Assembly: GCA_010405405.1 (NCBI GenBank)
Contig: MU004237.1
Coordinates: forward strand, 879,345 to 943,344
Reading direction: 5' to 3'
DNA length: 64,000 nucleotides
Source of the DNA: Microthyrium microscopicum
Lineage: Eukaryota
Below are positions 1 through 11,746 of the stretch, one piece after another. Both the position numbers and the translations under genes were made by a program. Each line of letters opens with the position of its first letter. The first letter of the stretch is position 1. The notes under the pieces were generated by a model. It searched no databases. It saw nothing but the letters and a program-made list of their open reading frames with translations, and was not told where the DNA came from.

Positions 1-1080
1 AATTAGCTAATCTACCTAAATCTAGCTAAGCTAGCTTACTCTAGGCCTAAGGCCTAGTCTAGCTTTAGCTAACCCCTATATATTTAGTAAACTAAAGCGC
101 TAACTATATAAGAGAAAACCCTACTATTATATTCTATATACTAATTTGTACTAAGGCTAATAATATACCCTACTAAGCCCTATTAACCTCCTAAGCTATA
201 AAAGCTTTAGTAGGTTAGGAATAGCTAAATTCTAGGGAGTATCTAGCCCGTTAGTACTTCTCTAGGCATATTATCTATTATGGGGGGGTATATTCTTCTA
301 ATTGGTCTACTACTTTAAGTTCCTAAAGTTGCTAATATTATCGTCCCCAAGGGGCTAAGATTCCTTCCTTGTTATTATGTTAGATTCCTCTATTTGTGCT
401 ATAATACTAAGTCTAAGGCAGCGCCAACGGTCTACTAAAAGCTATCCGTCTATACTATGCTTTGCTTTTAAGCCGTAATCTAAGTCCTTTAGCCTAGCGT
501 ATTCTAGGTTACCTCCTCTAAGTCTGCCAGCTTATTTCTATAGCGCCGTTATGCTAACCTAAAGGTACTATACTTACTAAGTTATAGTGTCCTAAATTTT
601 GTAATTTACTACTATATCTTTTAGTCTAATCTTTACTTTCCGTAACTAGATTTTGGGCTTACTAAGCTAGGGCCGCTTGTCTAATCTAATTGCTAAGAGC
701 TATAAAAGAATTAGCTTTAGTATACTAAATTTGCTACGCTTTAGCGATATTGTAGCTTTATTTATATATAGCTTTGCGTGCCATGTAACTAGTAGCTAGT
801 TTCTAATTATATAATTTTTAACGCTAGTCCGTTATTATTAGTAGGGCTTTAATAAGGATAATCTTATAGCTACATATAGTAGTTACGTAATATAAAAATT
901 TGTACCTTTTACGATATATTAAAAAGAGCTATAGCTCGTCCTCTACACCTACTAAAAAGGAAAGATAAACCTTTTCTAAAAAGGGGTGATTATAGCTTTA
1001 AAAGCAAGGAACGATTACCTTTTTAGGGTAGTAAAGGAGACGGGAATTGAACTTGTGCCTTATGGAAAAGTAATACTAAT

Positions 1081-2976
1081 AGTTTTAGGTTTAGGTTTAA
1101 AATTAGTTCTATATCTAATTCTAAATTTTCTTTAAGTCTTTTCTATTTAGACTATATTTATATATATATTTATAGGGACCTATTTATTCTAAGGTATTAT
1201 AATAGTACTATCTAAGTACTATTTAGTTTTATCTAAATAGGCTTATCTTAATTATAAGTAAAGTAAATTATTATTATATATTTATATATATTATAAAGTA
1301 ACTACGCTTTTATACTTATTTTCTTTATAAAAAGAGGCTTGTCTTAAGTCTTATTATAATTATTTTAGTTTACTTAGTTCTCTCTTAGCTAGTATAGGTT
1401 TAGTAAGTACTTAAGATTTTTTTAAATATTCTCTTAGCTTCTTAGGCTCTAGATAGAGTTTATTTAAGTTAAGTTATTCTAATTTATATTTAGTTACTTC
1501 TATTAGAGCTAATTTAGCTAAGAAGATACTCTTTTTCTTTAACTTTTCTTAATAGTACTTTAGTATAATTAAGGAGAGGTTACTAATAAGTTCTTAACTT
1601 ACTTTAGACGTAGGGTAGTTTTTTTACTTTATTTTATAGTAATAGATACTATCTTTATTAACCTTATATCTAATTACGTCTTTAACCTTATAGTAGTTAG
1701 TCTCTTTAAAGTCTAAGATTTTCTAAAGTAAAATTATTTACTATAGAAAGTATATATTAAATATATATTATTATAATAAGAAGATATAGAAGACGTTATA
1801 AACTTAAGCGTCTTTAGGTAAGTTAATATAGTACGTATTATAGTTAATAACTTCTATTACTTTAAAAAGGCCTATATACTTAATATTTAGTTTCTTTTTA
1901 GACTTAGCTATTCTAATATTCTTTATATTAAGTAGAACTTAGTTATTTACCTTTAAGGTAATGTCCTTATAGCCTTTATTATAGTATTTAGCTTATAGGG
2001 TTTAAATATTTTTTAGATAAGCCTAAAGGGCTTTCTAAAGAAATAGAATATATTTTACTAGTTTTTTTACGTTAGGAGTAGTACTTATTAAATACTCTTT
2101 AGGTACTTCTAGTATATATAAGTATTTACTTATATATACTATAAATAAAGTAATACTAGTTAAGCTATATATACTATTATTATATATAAACTTAGTAGGA
2201 TTAAGCTTTTTAGCTTAATTGTTCTACTTCTAGCTATAGTAGATATATAAATAGTGCTTAATCTCTTAGTTTTAACGCTCTATTTATCTATCTATCTAAA
2301 ATTAGAATGTAGTAAATAGCTTTTATTAGATCTCTAAGTAGTAGAGGAATATATTCTAAAACTTAGAGATAAATATAAAGCCTTTATTAGATATAATTAT
2401 ATTTAATATGCTATAGAGTTATACTACTTTATATAAGAAGAGCTTAGTAAGATTATTTATATCTATATTTTTATAATAAGGTATATAATAAGCTATTTTA
2501 GTTAGCTTATAAATAACTACTATAATAGAGTTATATAGCTACTCTTAGAAGATGCTTAGAGGTAAGTTAGTAATAAAATTAACTATAATATCTTTCTAAG
2601 GAGCTATTAGTACTAGTAGGAGTAAAAGGAGCCTATTTTAGTCTTATTTAATAGACGTGTTTTATTTATATTCTAAATAAGCTACGTAGTACTCTTAGAT
2701 ATTTTTATTAATATTATTTTAAATATAATAGCGTTAAATCTTTTTTAATATTTTATATTAGCCTTTATAGCCTTTTTCTAGAAGGTTATTATAGAAATAT
2801 TAGAAGATTTAGACTTTACTATCTTTTATAGTAACCTCTATCTATAGATAGGTCTATTTATTTTTTATTAGCTTAATAGAGAAGCTATTAAGTACGTCTA
2901 ACGTAGTAATAATATCTATTTTCTAAGAATTATTTCTTAAGTACTATAATAAGGTACTAATAGATATAATTAAGAC
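1081..2976 (-). mobile_element. Chromoviral Ty3/gypsy element B, 3' part (integrase and chromodomain relic)
   Basis: Minus-strand ~2240-2400 reads IISNKGFIFISKF*...KLFTTF*F*IDR*IER*N (RIP of IVSDRG.FTSKFW..KLSTAFHPQTDGQTERQN); GPF motif ~1865; chromodomain-like YKVKDV...YKIK*KNYP...S*ELISNL at ~1575-1700. Left boundary is approximate. Confidence 0.88.
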
Positions 2977-2981
2977 GTTAA

Positions 2982-3299
2982 TGTTACGGACCTCTGCAGA
3001 CTTGCCATAAAGGCGTAGGCATCCTATTACCTCCTTGCTCTCTTTATTCTTATAGTACGCTATAAGAAAGCTCTTTGCTAGTAAACTGCTAAATTAATAT
3101 AAATAATGCCTACCTTCTATTATAATAAGACGAAGCTAAATATAGCTAAGGATAAGAAGGAGAGGTAGCCTTATTAAAAAAAAGATAGAGAGGAGTATAA
3201 GTAAAGAGGTAGATTTAATTTTTAAAGAGATTAAGTATTAGTCTTGTTTTAATACTAGTTTTTAAAATCTATTTTTCTTACTTTAAATTATTCTTTATA
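2982..3299 (+). repeat. 5' LTR of element A
   Basis: Starts TGTTACGG, ends ...TTCTTTATA (RIP of ...CA); collinear with 11424-11741. Confidence 0.95.
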
Positions 3300-5299
3300 A
3301 TTCTAATACTTCTTAACGTACTATATAGTAATAAGTCTAATAGATCCTTATAATAATAAGAGGTATAAGGAACTTTAATAAAAGCTAAAACGAAGGCGAA
3401 GATAAAGATAAAGATTTAGATAATAATTTAGATAATAATTTAGATAATAACTTAAGTTAATATAATAGCCTATTATTATTAATAAACCTAGAAGCTGCTT
3501 TAGCTATTTTTTATATAGTAACGGCTCGAATTAATAAATAAGAATAGACACGTATAGCTAAGATGTAATAGTTCCGTAACGAGATTATAGTTTTATCGCA
3601 AGCTTTTTAATAAAATTCTTCTCTTCCTTCTTGACTAAGAGAACTAAAACCTACTAACTTTACAATCCTTTAATATAAGACTTAATAAAAACTTATCGAC
3701 TAGACTATAGGTATAGAAAACGCTTTCTACTTAGTACTCTCTTAATTCGTTACGTAAGAAAGCTATATTAGATAGGCTAGCTAGTTTATAAGTTCTAACC
3801 TATAAACTTAATAGAATCTAAAAAAGAAGAAGATTAAGCTACTAACTTAGACTTAGGAAAAGTTTATAAAATAGCTTTAATATTAATACGCTTATTCTAC
3901 TATAACTAAACTTTTAGTTACTAAGAAACTTAAAGAAGCTAAGTAGTATTCTACTTAGATTTCTATAGAATTTAACGCCTACTTAAACTTACTAGAGACC
4001 TAACTTAATATTAATATAATTTACGAAAAAGATAAATAATACTTAAAATTCCTTACTAAGCTAATCCTAGAACTATAGAAATAAATTAAATTAATAAAGT
4101 ATATTCTAACTACTAGATTAGATATAGTTAACGCTACTAAACGCTTTTAGTAAATTACTTATAAATGCTTATAAAAAGACTTATTAAATAACGTTAATTC
4201 TTAACTTCTATAATTGAATTATAATCTATAAGGTGGTTAAAGTAAATAATAAGAACGTAAAGGTTATATAGAATATATGCTATTAATTTGCTTACTAGTA
4301 AGTATAAAGCCTAAAAAAGATAGTAAGACGTATAAGGAAATTACTTATTATAATTATAACTTATTTAGACATTATACGAATAAGTATAATAAGCCTCTAT
4401 AAGGCTCTTAGGCTACCTAAAAGTGAGGAGGTTTTTTAAGACATAGAGGCTAGAGAAAGAACCTAAATACTATCTCTTTCTTATTAAGATCTAGAATTGA
4501 CCTAAGAAAAGAGTAAGTATTGCGAAAGTTAAGAACCCTATTCCTATAATACTAGATTAGACTATAAAAACATAAATTTGGATAATAACTAACCTTTCTC
4601 TTACTATAAGAGACTAATCTATAAATGTTCTTTTAAATATTAGTAGTTAAATTAATATTATTAATAAATAATTTATATAATGTTATAGCCTTAAGAAAGT
4701 AACTATAGAAAGCATCTAAGTTATAGATTTTACTAATAATATAATAAGAAATAAATATTATAATACGTATTAGCTATGTTTTTATTATAAAAATTCTTTT
4801 AATATTTATAAGAATATTAAATACTATTTCTTCTCTTTTAATTAAACTAAATATACTTGCCTTGTAGTATAGGGAACTTTTTTATAAAAGAAATATGATA
4901 TTTCTATTTACTTAAGGTAAAAGAAGTGGCTATTTAGGAAAGAGAAGCTAAAATATAAGATTATAAACTAGAATATATTTAAGAAAAAACTACAAAAATA
5001 TAATAAGGTATTTAAACTAACTATAAAATTTAATAAGCACTTATACTTAAATAGTAGAAAGGTAAAGATTTTTAATATTAGCTTTAAGCTAAGCTTGTAG
5101 ATAGATATTAATTTAAAGAATAGACTATCGTAAGAGCTATAGGATTTAGCTTCTTAAGTTAAGGCTAGAGATAAGAATAAACCTATTCTTAAAGGTATTA
5201 AATATACTATTAAGATAACTACGAACCCTTTTTTTAGACTTATTTATAACTTATTAGTAATAGAATTTAAGGCACTATAGGAATACCTTAAGTTAGCCT

Positions 5300-8200
5300 T
5301 TGTAAAAGGTTAGATTTAAGAATTAACTAGCCTAGCTAAAGTATTTATACTCTTTGTGCCTAAGAAAGATAAAAAATTATGACTTTATATAGACTACTAC
5401 CTACTTAATGCGGTTATTATTAAAAACTATTACTTGCTTTTTTTAATAAGTGAGATATTAAATCAACTTAGTAGAATAGTATATTATACTAAGATAAACC
5501 TTAAAGACGCTTATACCTAAATACTTGTTAGAGAATAAGATTAATAAAAGATAGTATTCTATACGTAATACAAATATTATAAATACTAAGTTATGCTTTT
5601 TAGACTTACTAATATTCTAGCTACGTTCTAAGCTTATATTTATAAAGTATTAGTAGAATTCTTAAATATTATTTATATTATCTACTTTAATAATATCTTT
5701 ATTTTTTCTAAAATATATAAAGATTATATTTGTAACGTATGTATTATATTAGAATATTTACTAGCTACTAAGCTTTATATTAATCTTAAAAAGTACTAAT
5801 TTTTTATTAATAAGGTAGAATTCCTTAGTTTTATAGTCTTTATAAAAAGAGTAAAAATAAATCTTAATTAAGTTAAGTCTATTACGAAATAGCTAAAGCT
5901 TAGGAGCTATAATAATATATAAGTATTTATTAGCTTTATAAATTTTTACTATAAGTTTATTAAAAGCTACTCGAAAGTAATAAAACTCTTAATTAACTCG
6001 CTTAAGAATATATAACTTAGAAAGAAATATAAACTTTTTATTTAAATAAAGGAAGTAACGTAAATATTTTGTACGCTTTATATAGCTTTTAGCAAAGTTT
6101 TTATTTTTGTATATTTTAACTTAAAAAAGAAAATCTATTTTAAAACTAACGTATTCTAATATACTATCGTAAGTATCCTTTCTTAGCTATAAAAAGATAG
6201 CTAATAGTATTTTATTACTTTTTAGTTAAAGAAATTAATAAAGGCTAAGATTAACTATTAAACTTATAACTAAAAGCTCCTTATTATTATTAAAGCTATA
6301 GAATATTAGTAATATTACCTTAAGAGTAGTTATTATTTTATTAAGATTTTGACTAATTATAATAACCTAATAAGGTTTATAAAATAGAAAAACTTAAATA
6401 AGTACTAAGCGTATTAGGTAATTATATTAGCAAAGTATAACTTTTATATTAGGTATTAAAGTAGAAAGATAAATCTTATAAATACGTTATTAAGATGACC
6501 TAATTATACTACTATAGAATAAGCTATAAATAACTTACTACCTACTTTTTAGAAGAAACTAAGACTCTTTTTAAAAAAGGAATAGAAAAAGCTAATCTTC
6601 GTAAATAGTTTTAAGTTAATAAAATAACTTACTAGTAAGATACTAATAATAAATAAGTATAACCTTATAGATAAGATGTCTAATATTAAGTACTACTTAA
6701 TACTAAACGTATTAAGAATAGGCAAGATGTCTTATAAATAAATAAGTAGCTAAAATATTATAAATAAAAAAAGCGAAAACTTTTTTAGTTCTTAGAAAGT
6801 AGTTACTACTCTAGACTACGTTTGTATCTTAAGAACTATAGCGAGAGAAGTAATATAAGACTTATATATTATAAATAGAGAAGCTTTAAATACGCTAATT
6901 ACCTTAGTCTAAGTCGTCTAAGATAGTAATAAGGAACTTAAATATATCTAAGAAGTACTTAATACGTAGCTAGAATTTAAAGAGACTTAATAATTAAAGA
7001 ATATTTAATTAGTCTAAAAAGACTACTTCTATTATAAAGGCTAACTATATATACCTTATAAGCCTACCTTAAAAGACAAACTCTTAATAATATACTATAA
7101 TAATCTACTAGTAGAATACTTAGAGGTTTAAGATATTATAAAACTATTCTATAAATAGTTTTACTAGTTAAAAATAAAAAAGGACGTATAAGCGTACATA
7201 AAGACTTACTTAGTTTACTAAAGAATAAAAGTAAGATAGTATTAATTTTATAGTAAGTTAAAGTCTTTATCTTAATTAACTTAACTATAATAAGAAATTA
7301 CTATAGACTTTATTATAAGTTTACTACCTTATAAATATAGACTTATAACGTTTAACGTTATACTAGTAATTATAGATTAGTATACTAAATAAATAAGGTA
7401 TATTAAAACTATAAAAGATATAATTATTAAAAAGCTAGCGAAACTTATAGAAAGAAGAGTTTTCTTAGAAAAAGGTTTATTAGTAAGTATTATATTAAAT
7501 AGAGGATCTATCTTTATAAGTAAATTTTAGACTAAACTATACTAAGTAAGAAAGGTAAAACGTAAGCTATTTATAGCTTAGTATTTATAAACTAATAGCT
7601 AAATTAAGTAATAAAACTTAGTACTAAGATATTACTTATAAGCCTTTACTACTAAAAACTAAACGAATTAGTTAAGCCTCCTACCTATAGTATAATAGGT
7701 AATAAATACGTCTTATAATAAGATACTTAACTATACTCTAAATATAGCTAAAATAGGATATAAACTAACTTTCTTAATAAATCTTTTTATAGACCTTAAA
7801 AATAAGTTTAAAGAAAAAGGAAGCAAGGTAACGATAGTAAAACAAAGAGTAGTAAGAATAAAATAAGACTAAGAAAAGATAGTAGAACGCTAAAAAAAAG
7901 TAGTAGAATACTAAGCTAAGTTTTATAATAAGAAGTATACTCTAATATTATTCTATATAGAAGATAAGGTCCTACTATTAATAAAAAATATTAAACTTAA
8001 ACTACTAAATAAGAAGCTAGCTCCTTACTATATAAAACTATTTAATATCTAAGACATAGTTAGAGAATAAGCTTATTAACTAAACTTTTTAATAAGCTAT
8101 TAAATTTACGACGTTTTCTATATATCTAAACTTAAGCTATATTATTAAAAAGAAGGTTAAGAAGAATTAAAGCTTTTTATAGCTATTAAGCTAAAAGACG

Positions 8201-8400
8201 AAGAAGAATAAGAAGTAAAAACTATTTTAGATAAGAAGAAACGAAAAGGGAAAGTTAAATACTTTATTTATTAACAAAGTTACTTCCTAATTTATAATTT
8301 TTAGAAATAAGAAGAAGATTATAAAAATGTATAAAACTTAATTAAGGTTTTTAAAGAAGTTAGTAGACTTAAGTTTATTATTATAAAGAAAAGAAAAAAA
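5300..8400 (+). pseudogene. pol relic of element A (RT-RNaseH-integrase-chromodomain)
   Basis: LFVPKKD..L.L..DY..LN at ~5350; YFNNIFI (=YLDDILI) at 5683; ETDAS-like at ~6142; H...GH zinc-finger start at ~7095; E*EVKTILD...Y...*..Y chromodomain at ~8205-8340; stops are mostly RIP-type TAA/TAG. Confidence 0.93.
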
Positions 8401-8469
8401 GAAGAATAAAATTATAAAAAAAAATATTATAAGAGAGAGAAAATTTTTATATATTTTTTATTCATTATA

Positions 8470-11011
8470 GAAAAGTAATTAACTAGCAAAATAAAAAATA
8501 AAAAACTAAAAATAGAAATAATAAAAATTATAGCTAGACGAACTATTAATAAGACGTAAATAAAACCTAAATAAAATTAAGGAATCTTATGAGAGACTAG
8601 TAAGCTAGTACTATAAAAAAAGGACCCTTTTTTATAAAAATAGAAGGAGTGGACTATTAGTAAATATAATAAAAAATAAGAATTTTTCTTAAACGCTATA
8701 ACTATAAATAATAAGTTGATAAAAAGGCTAATTCTAAAAGATATTAAAATTAGTAATTCGCGCCTAAAGAAATAAATAAATGTAGTATTTATATAACTAA
8801 AATGTAATCTAATTATTAAACTCTAACTCTATATATTAAGATGCTATAACTTTGAAAGTAAGTATTAGATATTATTAGTTACTCTAAGATTACTAAAAAA
8901 GGAGTACGTAATAGATATAGCTAGGGTAATTAATATGCTATTAGTAAATAGGTAAGTAGGTAAAGGAATATTATGAATTATAAGTGCTATAAGTATAGAA
9001 GAAGGATAAAGATAGCTAAGATTAGTACTAATAGAATTAATATTACTATTTAGGTTATAGTAGGTAGTTATTTTACTAATAGTATAACGTTATTAGAATT
9101 AGTAGAGAGAGTAAGCTATTTTGTTAATATATTAAGCTTAAGCTTAGGTAGCTAAAGAGAAGCTATAAAAAGATAGTATAGTTTTTTTATTAAACTATTT
9201 GGTTTATATACTATTTACTTCTTTGTTCTCGATTTTTTTTATAATAAGTAAATATACTATAGAGCGTAAGATATTAATATTTAGAATAAATTTAGGAGGC
9301 ATATAGGCTTTAAATATAGTAATGTTTTTTCTGTTTTAAACTAAGAAAGATAAGAAGCAAACGTAAGGATAATCGCTTTATATAGGTGGACTACTAATAG
9401 ATAAAAATAACGAAGGGTTATTAATAGTAAGACTTAGCTTTTAGTAAGGATTAAATAGTTTAAAACCTTCTAAGTAGATTCTTATAAACTAGACAAGTAC
9501 TTAAACTTATAATTAAGTATAGAATATAGATAGAAGATAATTCTAAGAATAATAATTAGTAAAAGTATAACTTATAAATAAAATATAAAAAAACCTATAC
9601 TAAGACGCTAAATATTATTAGCTTATTCTAATGTATCTCTAATATAATTAAGTATAACGTAAATATAGAATACTATATCTAAAACTACGAGATAACTATA
9701 GTCTTCTAAGTAACTCTCTATATAATACTAAGCTATAATAAAAGTATTATAGGCTTATTAATAACGTATTAACTTCTTATTATAAATATAGTATATATTA
9801 CTACGCTAATAAAACTTAATAAAAAAACTTAAAGGCATAATAACTATAATAAAACTTATAAAGTTAAGAAATATAAAATAAATATATAAGTAGATTAGAT
9901 TATTTATAACCTTATTAAAGACTATAAATATCTAAATAGAGGATAGTACGTAAGCTATATCTAAGTTACTAATAAAATATTTATAATATTATAATAATAC
10001 TTTTAATAGATATAATAATAATACTTAGTAAAGTTATCTTTATAACTATATATAATACTTTATAAGATATAGCTACTATTAAGACGATAATAGATTATAT
10101 TATTAACAATATTTTATAAATATTAGAAATAATACGAAAAGAGAAGTAAAGTAGGTATAGTTTAAGAATAGAATATAATCTAAATAATATTCTATAAAGG
10201 TATAAGTTAGTAAAAAAATTAGGTAAGTCGCTTATAATATACTTACTATAAAGGCTTACTACTAAGTAGTCTAAGCTATAGAACCTAGGTCTATATCTCT
10301 TAGCTTACTAAGTAACTTATTTAACTTAGACTCCTTACTATCTAAAAATAATATATAAGATAGTATAAGAATACTTTAGTAAGTAATTTACTTCTTAATT
10401 ATAGAACGAGTAGTAAATAGCTATAAAGGCTTTAGTAATAAAGTATTCTTATAACAACGTTTTCTATTAACTTAAGAAATATAGGCTAGTTATAGAATAG
10501 GTTTAGTAGTTAAGTTAACTATTATAATACTAATAAGTACTTAAATAGAGTAAATAAAGTTATTTATATTACGTTAAGCTAAATGAGAAATAAATAGCGA
10601 ATTAGTACTAATAATAATATAGCCTAAAAATAATAAGACGTAAAAAGTTAATAAGCCTTCTTAAGGCTCTAAGAAGGTTACCTAGTTAGTAAGTTAAACT
10701 AAGTTATAATTATATAATTTAAGCTTTTTAAAGACGTATTAAGAATTTTACGGAGTATAAGGAGCAGTAGAATATTAATAAATTATATACTTAGAAGATT
10801 AGCTACTTTACTATTAAGACTATTAGAACTCTTAAAAAGTATAATATATTTTTAGGAAATAATTACTTAGGTTAAGATTAATTAACTACTTACTTTTTTA
10901 TAAATCGCTATTATTAATAAAATTATTATTATTAAAGGAATTAATGTTAATAAGGTTTTAATAAGATAAATTACTACTACGTAAACTACTAGAATAATAA
11001 TAAGAAGATAT
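8470..11011 (-). pseudogene. Relic antisense extra ORF in the 3' region of element A
   Basis: About 3 kb lies between the chromodomain and the 3' LTR. A minus frame from ~11011 reads ISSYYYSSSLRSSNLSY*NLININSFNNNN (restorable to MSS...PIDIDS.DDDD) and is relatively stop-poor; MPPK at 9302. Boundaries are approximate. Confidence 0.5.
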
Positions 11012-11423
11012 TATAAGAGAATAATTAAAATGTTATTAAAATGCACGTTAAAAGACTAAAAGTATTAAAAATAAGTAAAAAGAGTATAAATAGAGTATAA
11101 AAAAGATATAAGTTAAATTAAGAATTTTAAAAAGACGTAGTTTTTAAAAACTTTTAAGATTTTAGATAAGTAATATACTTATAAATTACTTATAAGAAAA
11201 AGAAGTTATAGTATTAAAAAGGTAAAGTATTATAATTTTAAAATATTTTAGTATTATATATACGCGCAATACTATTATAATAAATAGAGTTATTATTACC
11301 TATATAGTAGGTATCATAATAACTCTAAAGGTAAGAATATTATAATTTAAAACTATACCTACTAAAAAAGGAAAGCATAATAGCTAGGTTATTAGGGGTA
11401 ACTTCCTTTAAAGAAAAAGGCTC

Positions 11424-11741
11424 TATTATAAACTCTTATAAACTCGTTATAGAGGTATAAGCATTTTGCTATTTTCTTACTCTCTTTACTCTTATAGTAC
11501 GCTATAAAAAGACTCTTTATTAATAAACTACTAGATTAATATAAATAGTACTTACTTTTTATTATAATAAGACAAAGCTAAATATAGCTAAGGATAAGAA
11601 AGAGAGGTAGTTTTACTAAAAAGAAGATAGAGAGAAGTATAAGTAAAAAGGTAGATTTAATCTTTAGAGAGATTAAGTATTAGTCTTGTCTTGATACTAG
11701 TTCTTAGAATCTATTTCCCTTGCTTTAAACTATCCTTTATA
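11424..11741 (+). repeat. 3' LTR of element A
   Basis: Same length as the 5' LTR; all differences in the first ~40 aligned positions are transitions. Confidence 0.95.
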
Positions 11742-11746
11742 GTTAA

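Larger units (their letters stand above)
2982..11741 (+). mobile_element. Full-length RIP-inactivated chromoviral Ty3/gypsy LTR retrotransposon A (8760 bp)
   Basis: Direct 318-bp LTRs; 5-bp target duplication GTTAA at 2977-2981 and 11742-11746; purine tract AAGAAAAAGG before the 3' LTR; RT, RNase H, integrase and chromodomain relics in gypsy order. Confidence 0.96.

Noticed and set aside
1083..1100. TTTAGG TTTAGG telomere-like repeats
   Set aside because: Only two degenerate units, expected by chance in RIPped DNA.
3415..3456. Tandem TTTAGATAATAA x3
   Set aside because: An in-frame 12-bp repeat within the gag region of element A; not CRISPR or telomeric.
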